In this document: positions 25,995 through 34,826 of the stretch, in pieces
Layout: every line of letters begins with the position of its first letter
How positions within the stretch are numbered: the stretch's first letter is position 1
Assembly: GCA_947478005.1 (NCBI GenBank)
Contig: CANJVG010000005.1
Location: forward strand, 1,597-65,596
From: Bacteroidota bacterium
GTDB taxonomy: Bacteria > Bacteroidota > Bacteroidia > Chitinophagales > LD1
Direction of reading: 5' to 3'
Length of the DNA: 64,000 nt
Notes under the pieces: generated by a model
Told to the model about the DNA's origin: nothing
Databases searched by the model: none
What the model saw: the letters and a program-made list of their open reading frames with translations, nothing else
Translations under genes and position numbers: made by a program

Positions 25995-27374
25995 CTATTT
26001 CAAATATATTTCGTCTCTTACATAAGTGTTGTTAAGCCAAAAACAATGCTTTGTATATTCTTTTGCTTTCGTCAGTTTGTCCTTTGTCGGCAAAGGGTAG
26101 GTGTCTGCTGCATTACTGGCGTGTGGTCTGACGTGTGATACTGAATTGAAAGATTTATTAGGAAAGTTAGTGTAACGTGTTGTACCGATTACTTCTTTTA
26201 CAATTTTACCTTTTGAAACAATGTCTTTTGTTTTTGCCCAAACTTTTTCTGCTTCCAAAATATCAGCATACGGCATATTCCAAAACTTCACTTTTCTTAA
26301 AACCAGTTGTTCCTTTTCAAATTGGAAGAACACAAATAGAAATTTATGCTCTAAAATATCCTTGAAATTAGAGTCGTCCCATTCTTCATTTACAATTTCT
26401 TCGTATTTGAAATTTGGAAACGAAATATCCTCTTTCGGTAAGTCATTTTCCTTTAGTCTTACTGTCTTTACAACGATTTCAGCCTTTTCGAACTCTTCAA
26501 TTTCTTTATCAAGTTCAATACCTAAAATTGCTTTTGTAAGACTTGCATAAAAACTTTTAGCTGTTTTATTAAGTTCAACTCCAGTTGAAGTAAGGATTTG
26601 CTCAATTGTCTTGCCATAATACGGTTTAAATTTTGAAATTACGATTTCTTCAATTGTTTGCTTTTTAGCAACTGCAACAGACGGAATTAGTTTCCCATAA
26701 ACTTCTTTTGTCTCCCCAGCTATTGAAGCAATAATATGATTGACATAACCTTGTTTTAGCGAATATGCTCTTTGTTTAGCAGGGATTTTAGAAAAAGGTT
26801 GTTTTCTAACAGTCAAAGCATTTGCACCTTTTGTGCAAGCACCTAAATAAAAAGTGTCGCCTTCTGAAAGTTCGTGAGCCTTGCCGTCAGCTACTTTTTG
26901 CTTAATCAGTTGCCAGTCTTTTTTGATGATTTCCAAATCTGTATTTGGAAAGTTCCACTCATCAACAAGTTTTATCAGGTAATCAAGAATATCAAATCCT
27001 GATTGATGCAAATAGAAAATCAAAAGAATGTTTGCATTCTTTTTCCAAAAATCACTTTCGTCAAACGATTGGTCAACTATTTTCAAATAGTCAATAATGC
27101 TTAATACCAATCTTTCTTTTGAACGATATTCATTATTCTTCAACTGCTTTAGAGGCGAGGATTTGAGTTCCATTCCTATCTCAAAAAAGTCAGCTTCTGA
27201 TTTGGAATTTGGATCATAACCAAAATAAAACTTCTCAAGTATTTGCCCGAAGTTTCCTTTGCCTATGTAGTTGTGTTCTAAAATTAGCGGGTCGCAAATC
27301 TCTCTTAAAGTTTTACCTTTAAGCAACTTAGCATAATCAATAACTGATTTTTTATCTTTCGGATTATATACCAC
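25995..27374 (-). CDS. type II restriction endonuclease, Sau3AI / MutH family (predicted GATC specificity)
   Basis: Strong resemblance to my recollection of R.Sau3AI: GKGNFGQILEKFYFG...EADFFEIGMELKSSPLK...YRSKERLVLSIIDY...IKKDWQLIKQKVADGKAHELSEGDTFYLGACTKGANA...KQRAYSLKQGY...SHVRPH. Confidence 0.8.
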   Translation of the reverse strand: MVYNPKDKKSVIDYAKLLKGKTLREICDPLILEHNYIGKGNFGQILEKFYFGYDPNSKSEADFFEIGMELKSSPLKQLKNNEYRSKERLVLSIIDYLKIVDQSFDESDFWKKNANILLIFYLHQSGFDILDYLIKLVDEWNFPNTDLEIIKKDWQLIKQKVADGKAHELSEGDTFYLGACTKGANALTVRKQPFSKIPAKQRAYSLKQGYVNHIIASIAGETKEVYGKLIPSVAVAKKQTIEEIVISKFKPYYGKTIEQILTSTGVELNKTAKSFYASLTKAILGIELDKEIEEFEKAEIVVKTVRLKENDLPKEDISFPNFKYEEIVNEEWDDSNFKDILEHKFLFVFFQFEKEQLVLRKVKFWNMPYADILEAEKVWAKTKDIVSKGKIVKEVIGTTRYTNFPNKSFNSVSHVRPHASNAADTYPLPTKDKLTKAKEYTKHCFWLNNTYVRDEIYLK

Positions 27375-27376
27375 AG

Positions 27377-29230
27377 TTAGAAACCCATTTTACTTTTTAA
27401 ATCTACACACCATATATCATGAGCCTTTCTAGTAATGTCATCTAATCGCTTTGTAATTGCCTCAAAACTTTGTTCGGTCCTTATTCTATCAAAGTCCCAA
27501 TCCTTAGATTCTATTTTCTCAATTAATTCAAGTACTAATTTTAAATTGGGTTTACTTTCTCTTATCAATACTAGTTTTTCAGATATTATTTTATTTTCAA
27601 GTTGCCCATTTAATTTTTTACTAATCAGTGTTAGGTTACCTAACGTATTTACATAAGGTTTAGTAGTTTTTTTAGCAACATTCCACTTTTTAGATTCTCT
27701 TGGCAGAATATGTTCTATACTTACTTTCTCTTCATCATATCCTTCTGTCTGGTTACCACCTATTTTTTCCTCAATTTCATTTAATACATATCTGATAATG
27801 ATTCTTGATTTTTGATCATCTTTATATTCAATGCTTTTGAATCCGTCTATAAAATCATCACTATAAGATGAGGGTATTTTTGACTTGAAGTTATTATAAA
27901 GGTCACTTGTAAAAAGATTCAGTACTTCATTCGTTTTGTTCTTATGAATTTTTTCTTCAATCTTCTCACAAAAATCACAGATTTGACTAAAATACCAGTT
28001 ACCCGGTAGGCTTAGAATCTGAAAATATAAAAAAGTGAATTTTTCTATTATTTGCCACCTGTTTGATAGTTTAGATTTTATTCTTTTCGGGTTACTTAAG
28101 TCTAGGTTTCTAAAAAGACATAAGTACAGAATAATCCATGTTTTGGCTTTTGTATTCCTTAATACTCGCAAACTATTATATACTTTTAATGCCTCGTTTC
28201 TGTCACGTTCAAAAAAGCCAAGTATGTCTTCAAACCCACCATTAAGGATAATATTTAAATAATTAGAATTAGCAACCAAATTATCTAAAAACGAATCCCA
28301 TTCCTTTTTAGATGTTTTAAATTTTTCTTTTATTGCCGAATACAGTTTTTTATCCGATATGTACTCATAACGTGAAGACCAATAATAGCTTAGAAAGTCT
28401 TTTAGAGAGAAATCGATGCGGTCCAAATTTTCTAAAATTTGAGCCCACCTTTCTTTAGCTGAATCAATATATTTATCGTCACTACCAACAACATTTTTAA
28501 AAATTTGATTTTTAATTAAGTCTGCTACACTTAAATCAATCCCTTTTGCATTAACAGATTCAAATATTTCATAAGCAAGATTTTCATCGTCAATTTCTAT
28601 TTTTACGAAGTAGTGTTTCGACAATCTATTGTCTACTAATGCCTTTAACCAATTAAAAGTTTCTTCAAAATTCAGGGCCTTAGTTTCACCTTCTATAATA
28701 TTTTGAAATTTCAAGTAGGCCTTTTTTACCTTTTCTTCTTCTGAACCTTTTGGCACTGAAAGTTTTTCGGTAATCAGAGTTGGAGGGTTGTCTTGAATGT
28801 GCTTTTCAAAAAAAACTTTAATTGAATCCCCCGGGATTAAGAAATTGTGAAATTTATTTTCGTCAAAATCGTCTTGTGTTCCAAGAAATATTTTATTAAA
28901 ACCATTAGCTTTATTCTTATAATCGGATACTTTTTCATGCTTACCTTTACTTAATAACGTATCCCGAATAACAGATCCTAAAATTTGAATAGTTAAATAT
29001 CTTTGTTGACCATCAATTATTTCGATGATATTTTTGTCACTTTCCTTTACATTAAAAATGACAGTACCAAGAAATACTGGCAATTCAGAATTAATGGTTT
29101 CCCAAAATTCTGCTATTTGTTTTTCTTCCCAGGTATATTGTCTTTGAAACCGTGGGATTCGGAAATTATTCTTTGGCTTAATATAAACTTCACCAATGTT
29201 TGTTTTAACTACAAAATTACTTGTTGACAT
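27377..29230 (-). CDS. DUF262 (ParB-like N-terminal) + DUF1524 (HNH/His-Me-like C-terminal) protein, GmrSD-like type IV restriction family
   Basis: The N-terminus has IPRFQRQYTWEEKQIAEFWETI and IIDGQQRYLT. The C-terminus has VSIEHILPR...NTLGNLTLISKKLN. It overlaps the MTase gene by 22 nt, and its stop lies 2 nt before the endonuclease start. Confidence 0.8.
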   Translation of the reverse strand: MSTSNFVVKTNIGEVYIKPKNNFRIPRFQRQYTWEEKQIAEFWETINSELPVFLGTVIFNVKESDKNIIEIIDGQQRYLTIQILGSVIRDTLLSKGKHEKVSDYKNKANGFNKIFLGTQDDFDENKFHNFLIPGDSIKVFFEKHIQDNPPTLITEKLSVPKGSEEEKVKKAYLKFQNIIEGETKALNFEETFNWLKALVDNRLSKHYFVKIEIDDENLAYEIFESVNAKGIDLSVADLIKNQIFKNVVGSDDKYIDSAKERWAQILENLDRIDFSLKDFLSYYWSSRYEYISDKKLYSAIKEKFKTSKKEWDSFLDNLVANSNYLNIILNGGFEDILGFFERDRNEALKVYNSLRVLRNTKAKTWIILYLCLFRNLDLSNPKRIKSKLSNRWQIIEKFTFLYFQILSLPGNWYFSQICDFCEKIEEKIHKNKTNEVLNLFTSDLYNNFKSKIPSSYSDDFIDGFKSIEYKDDQKSRIIIRYVLNEIEEKIGGNQTEGYDEEKVSIEHILPRESKKWNVAKKTTKPYVNTLGNLTLISKKLNGQLENKIISEKLVLIRESKPNLKLVLELIEKIESKDWDFDRIRTEQSFEAITKRLDDITRKAHDIWCVDLKSKMGF

Positions 29231-30501
29231 AAGTTAATTTTCTTGTTTAATGATAGTCCTATTTTTTCAATTACACCAACAACCAAAGCGTTACCCATAA
29301 AGAAAGCTCGTTTTGTATCTGAAACCCCTTCTAGTTTTGTGTGGTCGTCTGGAAACATATTTAGGCGTTCAAGTTCGACTGGTGAAAGTCTTCTGAACCC
29401 TTTTGGGGTTTGAATGACGTGTTTAAATCTTGATGGAGATTTGCCACCCTCACCGGTTATAATTGTTCTTGAAGGTTTGTCTAATGGGTCCGGGAAAATC
29501 ATTCCACCTTCACTATAATTGTATTCAAAACCTTGTGCGTTTGTCCGCATTTCTTTTTTCGGCCCTTTTAAATACGCCCATTTATCAAGGTCGTTTTTGT
29601 CAATATAAAACTCTGATGTTACTTCTCCGTTTTGAATAAGGTCTCTCAAAATCGTGAACTTTCCATCAAAGTTTGGTTGCGTTTTAAGGGTTGTAACCAA
29701 ACCATTAATCATTAAACCTGTATTTTCAAAAAGTCCACTAGTTCCACATTTGTTGAAGTTTTCAGAAATAGAAACGATGTCTCCTTTGAGTTTAAATTCT
29801 GTCGGAAGCAAAGTATTAGCAGATGTTACAGGAAATGCTTTTGCTAAAGTTCCTTCTTCTATAATCCATTCAACTGGCGCAACTTCGTTGATATTTTCAT
29901 AAATGTTTGTTCCTTGTAAATAGGCCAATATGAAAATTCTTCTCCTGCGTTGAGGCATCCCAAAATCCGCTGCATTGATAATTCGCCACTCAACCGCATA
30001 GCCCAATGCATTTAGACTTTGTAAGATAATTGCAAAGTCCCGCCCTCGTTGTCCCGATGGCGAAATGAGAAGCCTGTCTACGTTTTCGAGGAATAGATAT
30101 TTAGGTTTATTCTTTTTCTCTGAAATTATTTTGTGAATGCTCCACCACAAAACTCCCTTTTTTCCGATAAGTCCTTTTGAGTTTTTTAGGGTTGTGGCAA
30201 CTGAATAATCTTGGCAAGGAAAACCGCCAACCAATAAGTCGTGGTCGGGGATTTTTGAAGTATCAACTTGCGAAATATCTTCGTTCGTATGCCCATCTTT
30301 TCCAAAACGATTTTCATATACTAATGAGGCGTGCTGAGTTTTTGTCGATGGCTCCCATTGGTTACTCCAAACTACTTCATAATTTGTTTTGAGAGTTTTT
30401 TTATAGCCCGATGAGGCAGATTTTTTATTCAAACCTTCAAGCCCAAGTCGAAAGCCACCAACGCCCGCAAATAATTCTACAACTTTTATTTTACCTTCCA
30501 T
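29209..30501 (-). CDS. DNA (cytosine-5)-methyltransferase, M.Sau3AI-like
   Basis: Motif I ELFAGVGGFRLGL, motif IV GGFPCQDYS, motif VI ENV, motif VIII QRRRRIF and motif X GNALVV. The overall pattern is very close to my recollection of M.Sau3AI (WSNQWEPS..., RGRDFAIILQSLNALGYAVEWRIINAADFG). Confidence 0.9.
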   Translation of the reverse strand: MEGKIKVVELFAGVGGFRLGLEGLNKKSASSGYKKTLKTNYEVVWSNQWEPSTKTQHASLVYENRFGKDGHTNEDISQVDTSKIPDHDLLVGGFPCQDYSVATTLKNSKGLIGKKGVLWWSIHKIISEKKNKPKYLFLENVDRLLISPSGQRGRDFAIILQSLNALGYAVEWRIINAADFGMPQRRRRIFILAYLQGTNIYENINEVAPVEWIIEEGTLAKAFPVTSANTLLPTEFKLKGDIVSISENFNKCGTSGLFENTGLMINGLVTTLKTQPNFDGKFTILRDLIQNGEVTSEFYIDKNDLDKWAYLKGPKKEMRTNAQGFEYNYSEGGMIFPDPLDKPSRTIITGEGGKSPSRFKHVIQTPKGFRRLSPVELERLNMFPDDHTKLEGVSDTKRAFFMGNALVVGVIEKIGLSLNKKINLCQQVIL

Positions 30502-30814
30502 CGTGAACTGCTTTTAGGTATTTAACTTTTTCTTCTGCTACTTTCAAAATGCTTAAATCTGCTTCTTCCTCAAGAATTCTATATGCAATTTGGTCACTTA
30601 AAAAATTGTTTTGCAAGTCCTTTTCGTCAACCTTAAAATATGCTGCAATCCCTTTAATTATCTGCTTGGTTGGTTGTCTTTCATTGCGTTCAATTTTAGC
30701 AAGTAAAGAAGGGTCAACACTAATATCTTCTGCAACAGTTTTGAGCGTTAATCTGGCTTCTTCTCTAAGGTTTCTAAGATGCTCTCCGAAAGATTCTGTC
30801 TTTTTAATTGCCAT
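30491..30814 (-). CDS. XRE-family helix-turn-helix regulator (candidate R-M controller / C-protein)
   Basis: FGEHLRNLREEARLTLKTVAEDISVDPSLLAKIERNERQPT is a classic HTH_3 motif. ATG at 30814 is preferred over the TTG at 30823. The 3' end overlaps the MTase start by 11 nt. Confidence 0.8.
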   Translation of the reverse strand: MAIKKTESFGEHLRNLREEARLTLKTVAEDISVDPSLLAKIERNERQPTKQIIKGIAAYFKVDEKDLQNNFLSDQIAYRILEEEADLSILKVAEEKVKYLKAVHDGR

Positions 30815-30827
30815 ATTGGTCAAATTA

Positions 30828-30874
30828 TGTCCAAATGTAAGTAGGAAAATGTTATGGACAAAAAAAGTCCAAAT
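30828..30874. promoter_or_regulatory. candidate operator (C-box-like) upstream of the XRE gene
   Basis: Inverted repeat TGTCCA (30828-30833) / TGGACA (30855-30860). Direct repeat GTCCAAAT at 30829-30836 and 30867-30874. The sites lie 14-60 nt upstream of the ATG. Confidence 0.35.
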
Positions 30875-31409
30875 AAGTTTTCAACAATGACTGGGTGGTG
30901 GGTGGGCTTTGGAGTGTCGGGCAAATTTAAATGTGTTGTTTTTGTGTCGGCTTGTGAGTTCCCAAAACAGCTCTTTTAATTTTGCGAAGCGATGGCAGTC
31001 TTTCCCTTTTCTGGTTGAAATTTTATCGTTTTATTCAGTCGTCCTACAATGAGGCATAACTTATTTATAGAGGTGGTTTTTATTTAGCTCCTATTTCCGT
31101 TCATTTTTGAAGCATCGGTACTAATTTCGACCTATCGTCACCTATTTGTCAGGCTTTTGACCGATATATTTCCAATTTTTGGTTTCAATTTTAGTAATTG
31201 ATTCATCAATAAGCCAATGTTTATGTGCATTTTATCACCTTGGTTCAAATCAATTTCTGAATTAGACTAAGTTCAATCAAATTTGTACTGATAAGTGCCC
31301 ATTGAGCAATGTGTTTGGCAAGTTATCACCTCGTTTTGCTAAATCTAGTTGATTTCTCTGCTTAAAAAATCTAAGTTTTACAGCATAAACCCTCATTTCT
31401 ACCTGAAAT

Positions 31410-31757
31410 AACCATTTCACTTCGTAACATCATTACGATAGCATCTATCGTAACCATTTCACTTCCTAACATCATTACGATAGCATCTATCGTGATCATT
31501 TTACTTCGTAACATCATTATGATAGCATCTATCGTGATCATTTTACTTCGTAACATCATTACGATAGCATCTATCGTGATCATTTTACTTCGTAACATCA
31601 TTACGATAGCATCTATCGTGATCATTTTACTTCGTAACATCATTAGGATAGCATCTATCGTAATCATTTCACTTCGTAACATCATTATGATAGCATCTAT
31701 CGTAACCATTTTACTTTGTAACATCATTATGATAGCATCTATCGTAATCATTTCAGA
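31410..31757. repeat. tandem array of a 42-bp unit, 8 full copies plus a partial, each carrying the palindrome ACGATAG-CAT-CTATCGT
   Basis: Units start at 31410, 31452, 31494, 31536, 31578, 31620, 31662 and 31704. Copies 3-6 read CGTGATCATT (containing GATC) where the others read CGTAACCATT or CGTAATCATT. Confidence 0.9.
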
Positions 31758-31890
31758 TTTAAGACAGTGATATTGCCTCGAAATCAGCGGTTTTAACATC
31801 GCCAAAACAGGTTTTGGAAAATTAAAACCTTTGTTCTAATTTTATTCCTGAATAGGATTAGGCTCTTAGGGAAGAAAAAAGGAAAACCAA

Positions 31891-31959
31891 GCCACGAATT
31901 GCACAAATTATCACGAATTAATGCAACATCATTCGTGTTTAATTCGTGTAATTAGTGGC
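31891..31959. repeat. REP-like imperfect palindromic element (CACGAATT / AATTCGTG family)
   Basis: GCCACGAATTGCACAAATTATCACGAAT...ATTCGTGTTTAATTCGTGTAATTAGTGGC; the two arms are imperfect reverse complements. Confidence 0.6.
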
Positions 31960-32026
31960 AAAACAGAAGTTTGGATTTAAGCGCCTAACCCGGTTTTGAA
32001 TTAGAATACCACAAAATCAACAGCTT

Positions 32027-33379
32027 ATGAAAGCATCGGTAGAAGAATTGCAGGCTCAACTGCAAGAGCAGCCCGAAAATGCCGAACTGTATTACCGGTT
32101 GGGCCTTGCTTTGCAGGAAAAATATCCGGGTCATTCCTTGCAGGAAGACCACGGAACTTACCAAACCTGGAATTTTAAAGGCATGGATGAAATGGAGAAG
32201 GCCACCGAACTTGACCCGATGAATTATGAATATATGCATACCTGTGCTTTGTTTCGCGAAAAACGGGACGATTTGGATTGGGCTCTGCGTGGCTTTAAGC
32301 GCTGTGCCGAGTTGAACCCCGGGGCCGAGGGTTTGTTTGAGGATATAAAACGGGTGCAGGATAAAAAGGCAGCGGCCAAGCAGCAGCAATTAATTCGTGC
32401 ACAGGAGGAGGTCAATAAAAAACCGCAGGATGCCAATGCCTTGCGGATGATGGGTTATGCTTTTGATAATGAGGGGAAAATAGAAGAGGCCTTGGTTTGG
32501 TATCAAAAAGCCATTGAAGCGGACCCCAAGGATGATACGGTTTATGTAATGATGGCCGCTACTTTTTTTAAAGCCAAGCGCTATCAAGAATCGATTGAAG
32601 CTAATCTAAAGGCCATCGAACTGTTTGTGCCCTTTCCGCCTGACGAAGATGACCTCAACGACCCCGACTATGCCCCCGATAATACGGCTAATATCCATCT
32701 GAGCATTGCAGAATGCTATATGGAACTGAAAGATTATGACCATGCCGAAGAATATTACCGAAAGACGTTTGAGATAGAGCCAACTTATGATGGGTTAAAT
32801 GTTTACCTCGCGGAGATTGAATATGCGCGCGAAAGATATCAGGAGGCGCTGGCTTTATACCTCGAAGCCATCGAAGAGATTGATTTAAAGAGATGGTCCT
32901 ATATAGAGGAGAACGTGGGCTTGTGTTATATCCATTTGAATGATTTAGAAAATGCTAAACGGTGGTTGGAGAAATGTATAAAGAGGAATCCCGGCTATAG
33001 CGGGGCTTATTATAACCTGGCTGTGGTATTTGACCGCCTGGGCGATGAAGAAGGAACCGAGATGGTATTGCAAATGGCGGTGCAGGCGAAGCAGAATGAT
33101 ATTAAAGCGCTTTATCAACTCGCTAAAATATACAAGAACAAGGGCTACTACCGCGATGCGCTCGAACTGTTGGAGAAGGCCCTCTATGTCAATCCGTTTG
33201 AACCGATGGTGTTGGAGATGAGAGCAGAGATTTATGCCAATATGGGCGATAGCGAACGGGCTGAAATGGAGGCCGCCATGGCGCAGTTTGTTAAAGATAT
33301 AAGAGACGGCAAGGAGCCTGATTTGGGCGATGAGGAGGACGAGGAAGGAGAGGAGGATGAGGACGATGATGAATGGTAG
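32027..33379 (+). CDS. tetratricopeptide (TPR) repeat protein with an acidic C-terminal tail
   Basis: Multiple 34-aa TPR-like units (for example EEALVWYQKAIEADPKD, YDHAEEYYRKTFEIEPTY, AKRWLEKCIKRNPGYSGAYYNLAVVF). It ends in DEEDEEGEEDEDDDEW. Confidence 0.8.
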   Translation: MKASVEELQAQLQEQPENAELYYRLGLALQEKYPGHSLQEDHGTYQTWNFKGMDEMEKATELDPMNYEYMHTCALFREKRDDLDWALRGFKRCAELNPGAEGLFEDIKRVQDKKAAAKQQQLIRAQEEVNKKPQDANALRMMGYAFDNEGKIEEALVWYQKAIEADPKDDTVYVMMAATFFKAKRYQESIEANLKAIELFVPFPPDEDDLNDPDYAPDNTANIHLSIAECYMELKDYDHAEEYYRKTFEIEPTYDGLNVYLAEIEYARERYQEALALYLEAIEEIDLKRWSYIEENVGLCYIHLNDLENAKRWLEKCIKRNPGYSGAYYNLAVVFDRLGDEEGTEMVLQMAVQAKQNDIKALYQLAKIYKNKGYYRDALELLEKALYVNPFEPMVLEMRAEIYANMGDSERAEMEAAMAQFVKDIRDGKEPDLGDEEDEEGEEDEDDDEW

Positions 33380-33398
33380 CTTATGCATTGCTTGAATA

Positions 33399-33448
33399 AT
33401 CACGAATTGGTTCAGAATAACTCGTGTTTGATTCGTGTAATTCGTGGC
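33399..33448. repeat. second copy of the CACGAATT / AATTCGTG REP-like element
   Basis: It shares the core TCGTGTTT[A/G]ATTCGTGTAATT[A/C]GTGGCAAA with 31933-31962. Confidence 0.6.
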
Positions 33449-33486
33449 AAACAGAAATATAGTTTTCAGCTTTCAAAAACCACTAT

Positions 33487-34023
33487 ATGGCAATAGTCTA
33501 TTACAAACGAAAACAGTCAGCCGCGGTAGCGGTGAAAATTTGCGAAGTATTTCCCTCTGTTTTGGGCGTCAGGCGATTGGAGTTTACCCACTTTCAGAAA
33601 GAGAATGGTATGGCGCTGGTGCTGCTTAATAAACTAAGCCAGCTACAGACCGACTCACCCGAACTGAAGAGTCTGTTGCGCACGGTATCTACCCGCACCT
33701 ACGAAACCTACCTCAACTGTATTCAAACCGCGCAAAGCCTGATACGGAAGTTCACGACCTTGAACACCAACCTTTCCTATCCCTATGAAAAGGAACTGGA
33801 AAGCATCAGTCATTATCTAAGTGCTTTCCCGGGCTCCGAAAATTATAGTCAGGAACTTGATGAGGAAGTGCTGGACACGCTCAATGAATTTAATCGTCAT
33901 AAATCGAGCATCAGCCATTTGGAGAATGCGATTATAACCCTGGCAGCCGAGGTGGAAGTGTTTAAGCAGGAGTATGAAAATTATCTGCAAATGCTGCAAC
34001 TGGATAAAGATAAAAGCCGGTAA
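33487..34023 (+). CDS. hypothetical protein (start uncertain; an alternative is M42 at 33610)
   Basis: 178 aa ORF, helical, with no recognised motif. Confidence 0.4.
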   Translation: MAIVYYKRKQSAAVAVKICEVFPSVLGVRRLEFTHFQKENGMALVLLNKLSQLQTDSPELKSLLRTVSTRTYETYLNCIQTAQSLIRKFTTLNTNLSYPYEKELESISHYLSAFPGSENYSQELDEEVLDTLNEFNRHKSSISHLENAIITLAAEVEVFKQEYENYLQMLQLDKDKSR

Positions 34024-34085
34024 TGGATTTTACGTTGCAATAAGGAAAGCGAAAAACCCTATCGGCTTATTCCTACATTTGCCGC

Positions 34086-34655
34086 ATGTTACTGGTTAAG
34101 TCAATTATTACAATTACGCTCACGCTGTTTGCGGTGGTGGATGTTATAGGCAGTTTGCCGGTTATTATATCGGTGAAGAAGAAAGTCCCCAACTTCAACC
34201 CCTTGCTCGTTACGCTGGCTTCTGGTGCTTTAATGATTTTCTTCCTGTTTGCAGGCGAGCAGTTTTTGGGCATTATGGGTATCGATGTGCGCTCTTTTGC
34301 GCTGGCGGGTTCCATTGTGCTTTTTGTGCTGGCTATGGAAATGATTCTCGGCATTCATCTTTTCCGCACCAATGAAGGCGACCAGCGTTCGGGCAATTAT
34401 GTGCCCGTGGCGTTTCCGCTTATTGCAGGCTCCGGAACGCTAACTACCATTCTTTCGCTACGATCGGTTTATGAAGTGCCCGAAATCCTGATTGCCATCA
34501 TCATCAATCTGGTTATTGTATTGCTGGTATTGCTGTCTACCGATTGGATTGAAGAGAAACTCGGCACCACGGCTTTAGCCGCTATCAAAAAATTTTTCGG
34601 GGTAATCTTGTTGGCTATCTCCATTAAGATTTTCAGTGCTTACGTAAAGTTTTAA
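34086..34655 (+). CDS. MarC-family (UPF0056) integral membrane protein
   Basis: Six-TM small protein with the family-typical N-terminus LFAVVDVIGSLPVII and ...VAFPLIAGSGTLTT. Confidence 0.75.
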   Translation: MLLVKSIITITLTLFAVVDVIGSLPVIISVKKKVPNFNPLLVTLASGALMIFFLFAGEQFLGIMGIDVRSFALAGSIVLFVLAMEMILGIHLFRTNEGDQRSGNYVPVAFPLIAGSGTLTTILSLRSVYEVPEILIAIIINLVIVLLVLLSTDWIEEKLGTTALAAIKKFFGVILLAISIKIFSAYVKF

Positions 34656-34826
34656 TGCGCGGTTGATTGGGGTGCTTTTGTATTCCTCCAAACAAGCTTC
34701 GCTTTAGTGCATCAAAATATGGATGCCATGAAAGCAAAAGATTTTGGGTAGGTTTCCAAAGCGAAATAACATAAGGATAACAGGCTCCTGTTATTTACAA
34801 GCTATATTTGCGGCTACAATTTAGTT

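Noticed and set aside
31371-31805. ORFs of 144 aa (-) and 92 aa (+) with the repetitive peptide MITIDAIxMMLRSK; also considered as a CRISPR array
   Set aside because: Both strands are open only because the 42-bp unit is a multiple of 3. There is no start context or coding-like composition. It is not a CRISPR because the whole 42 bp repeats and no unique spacers lie between the palindromes.
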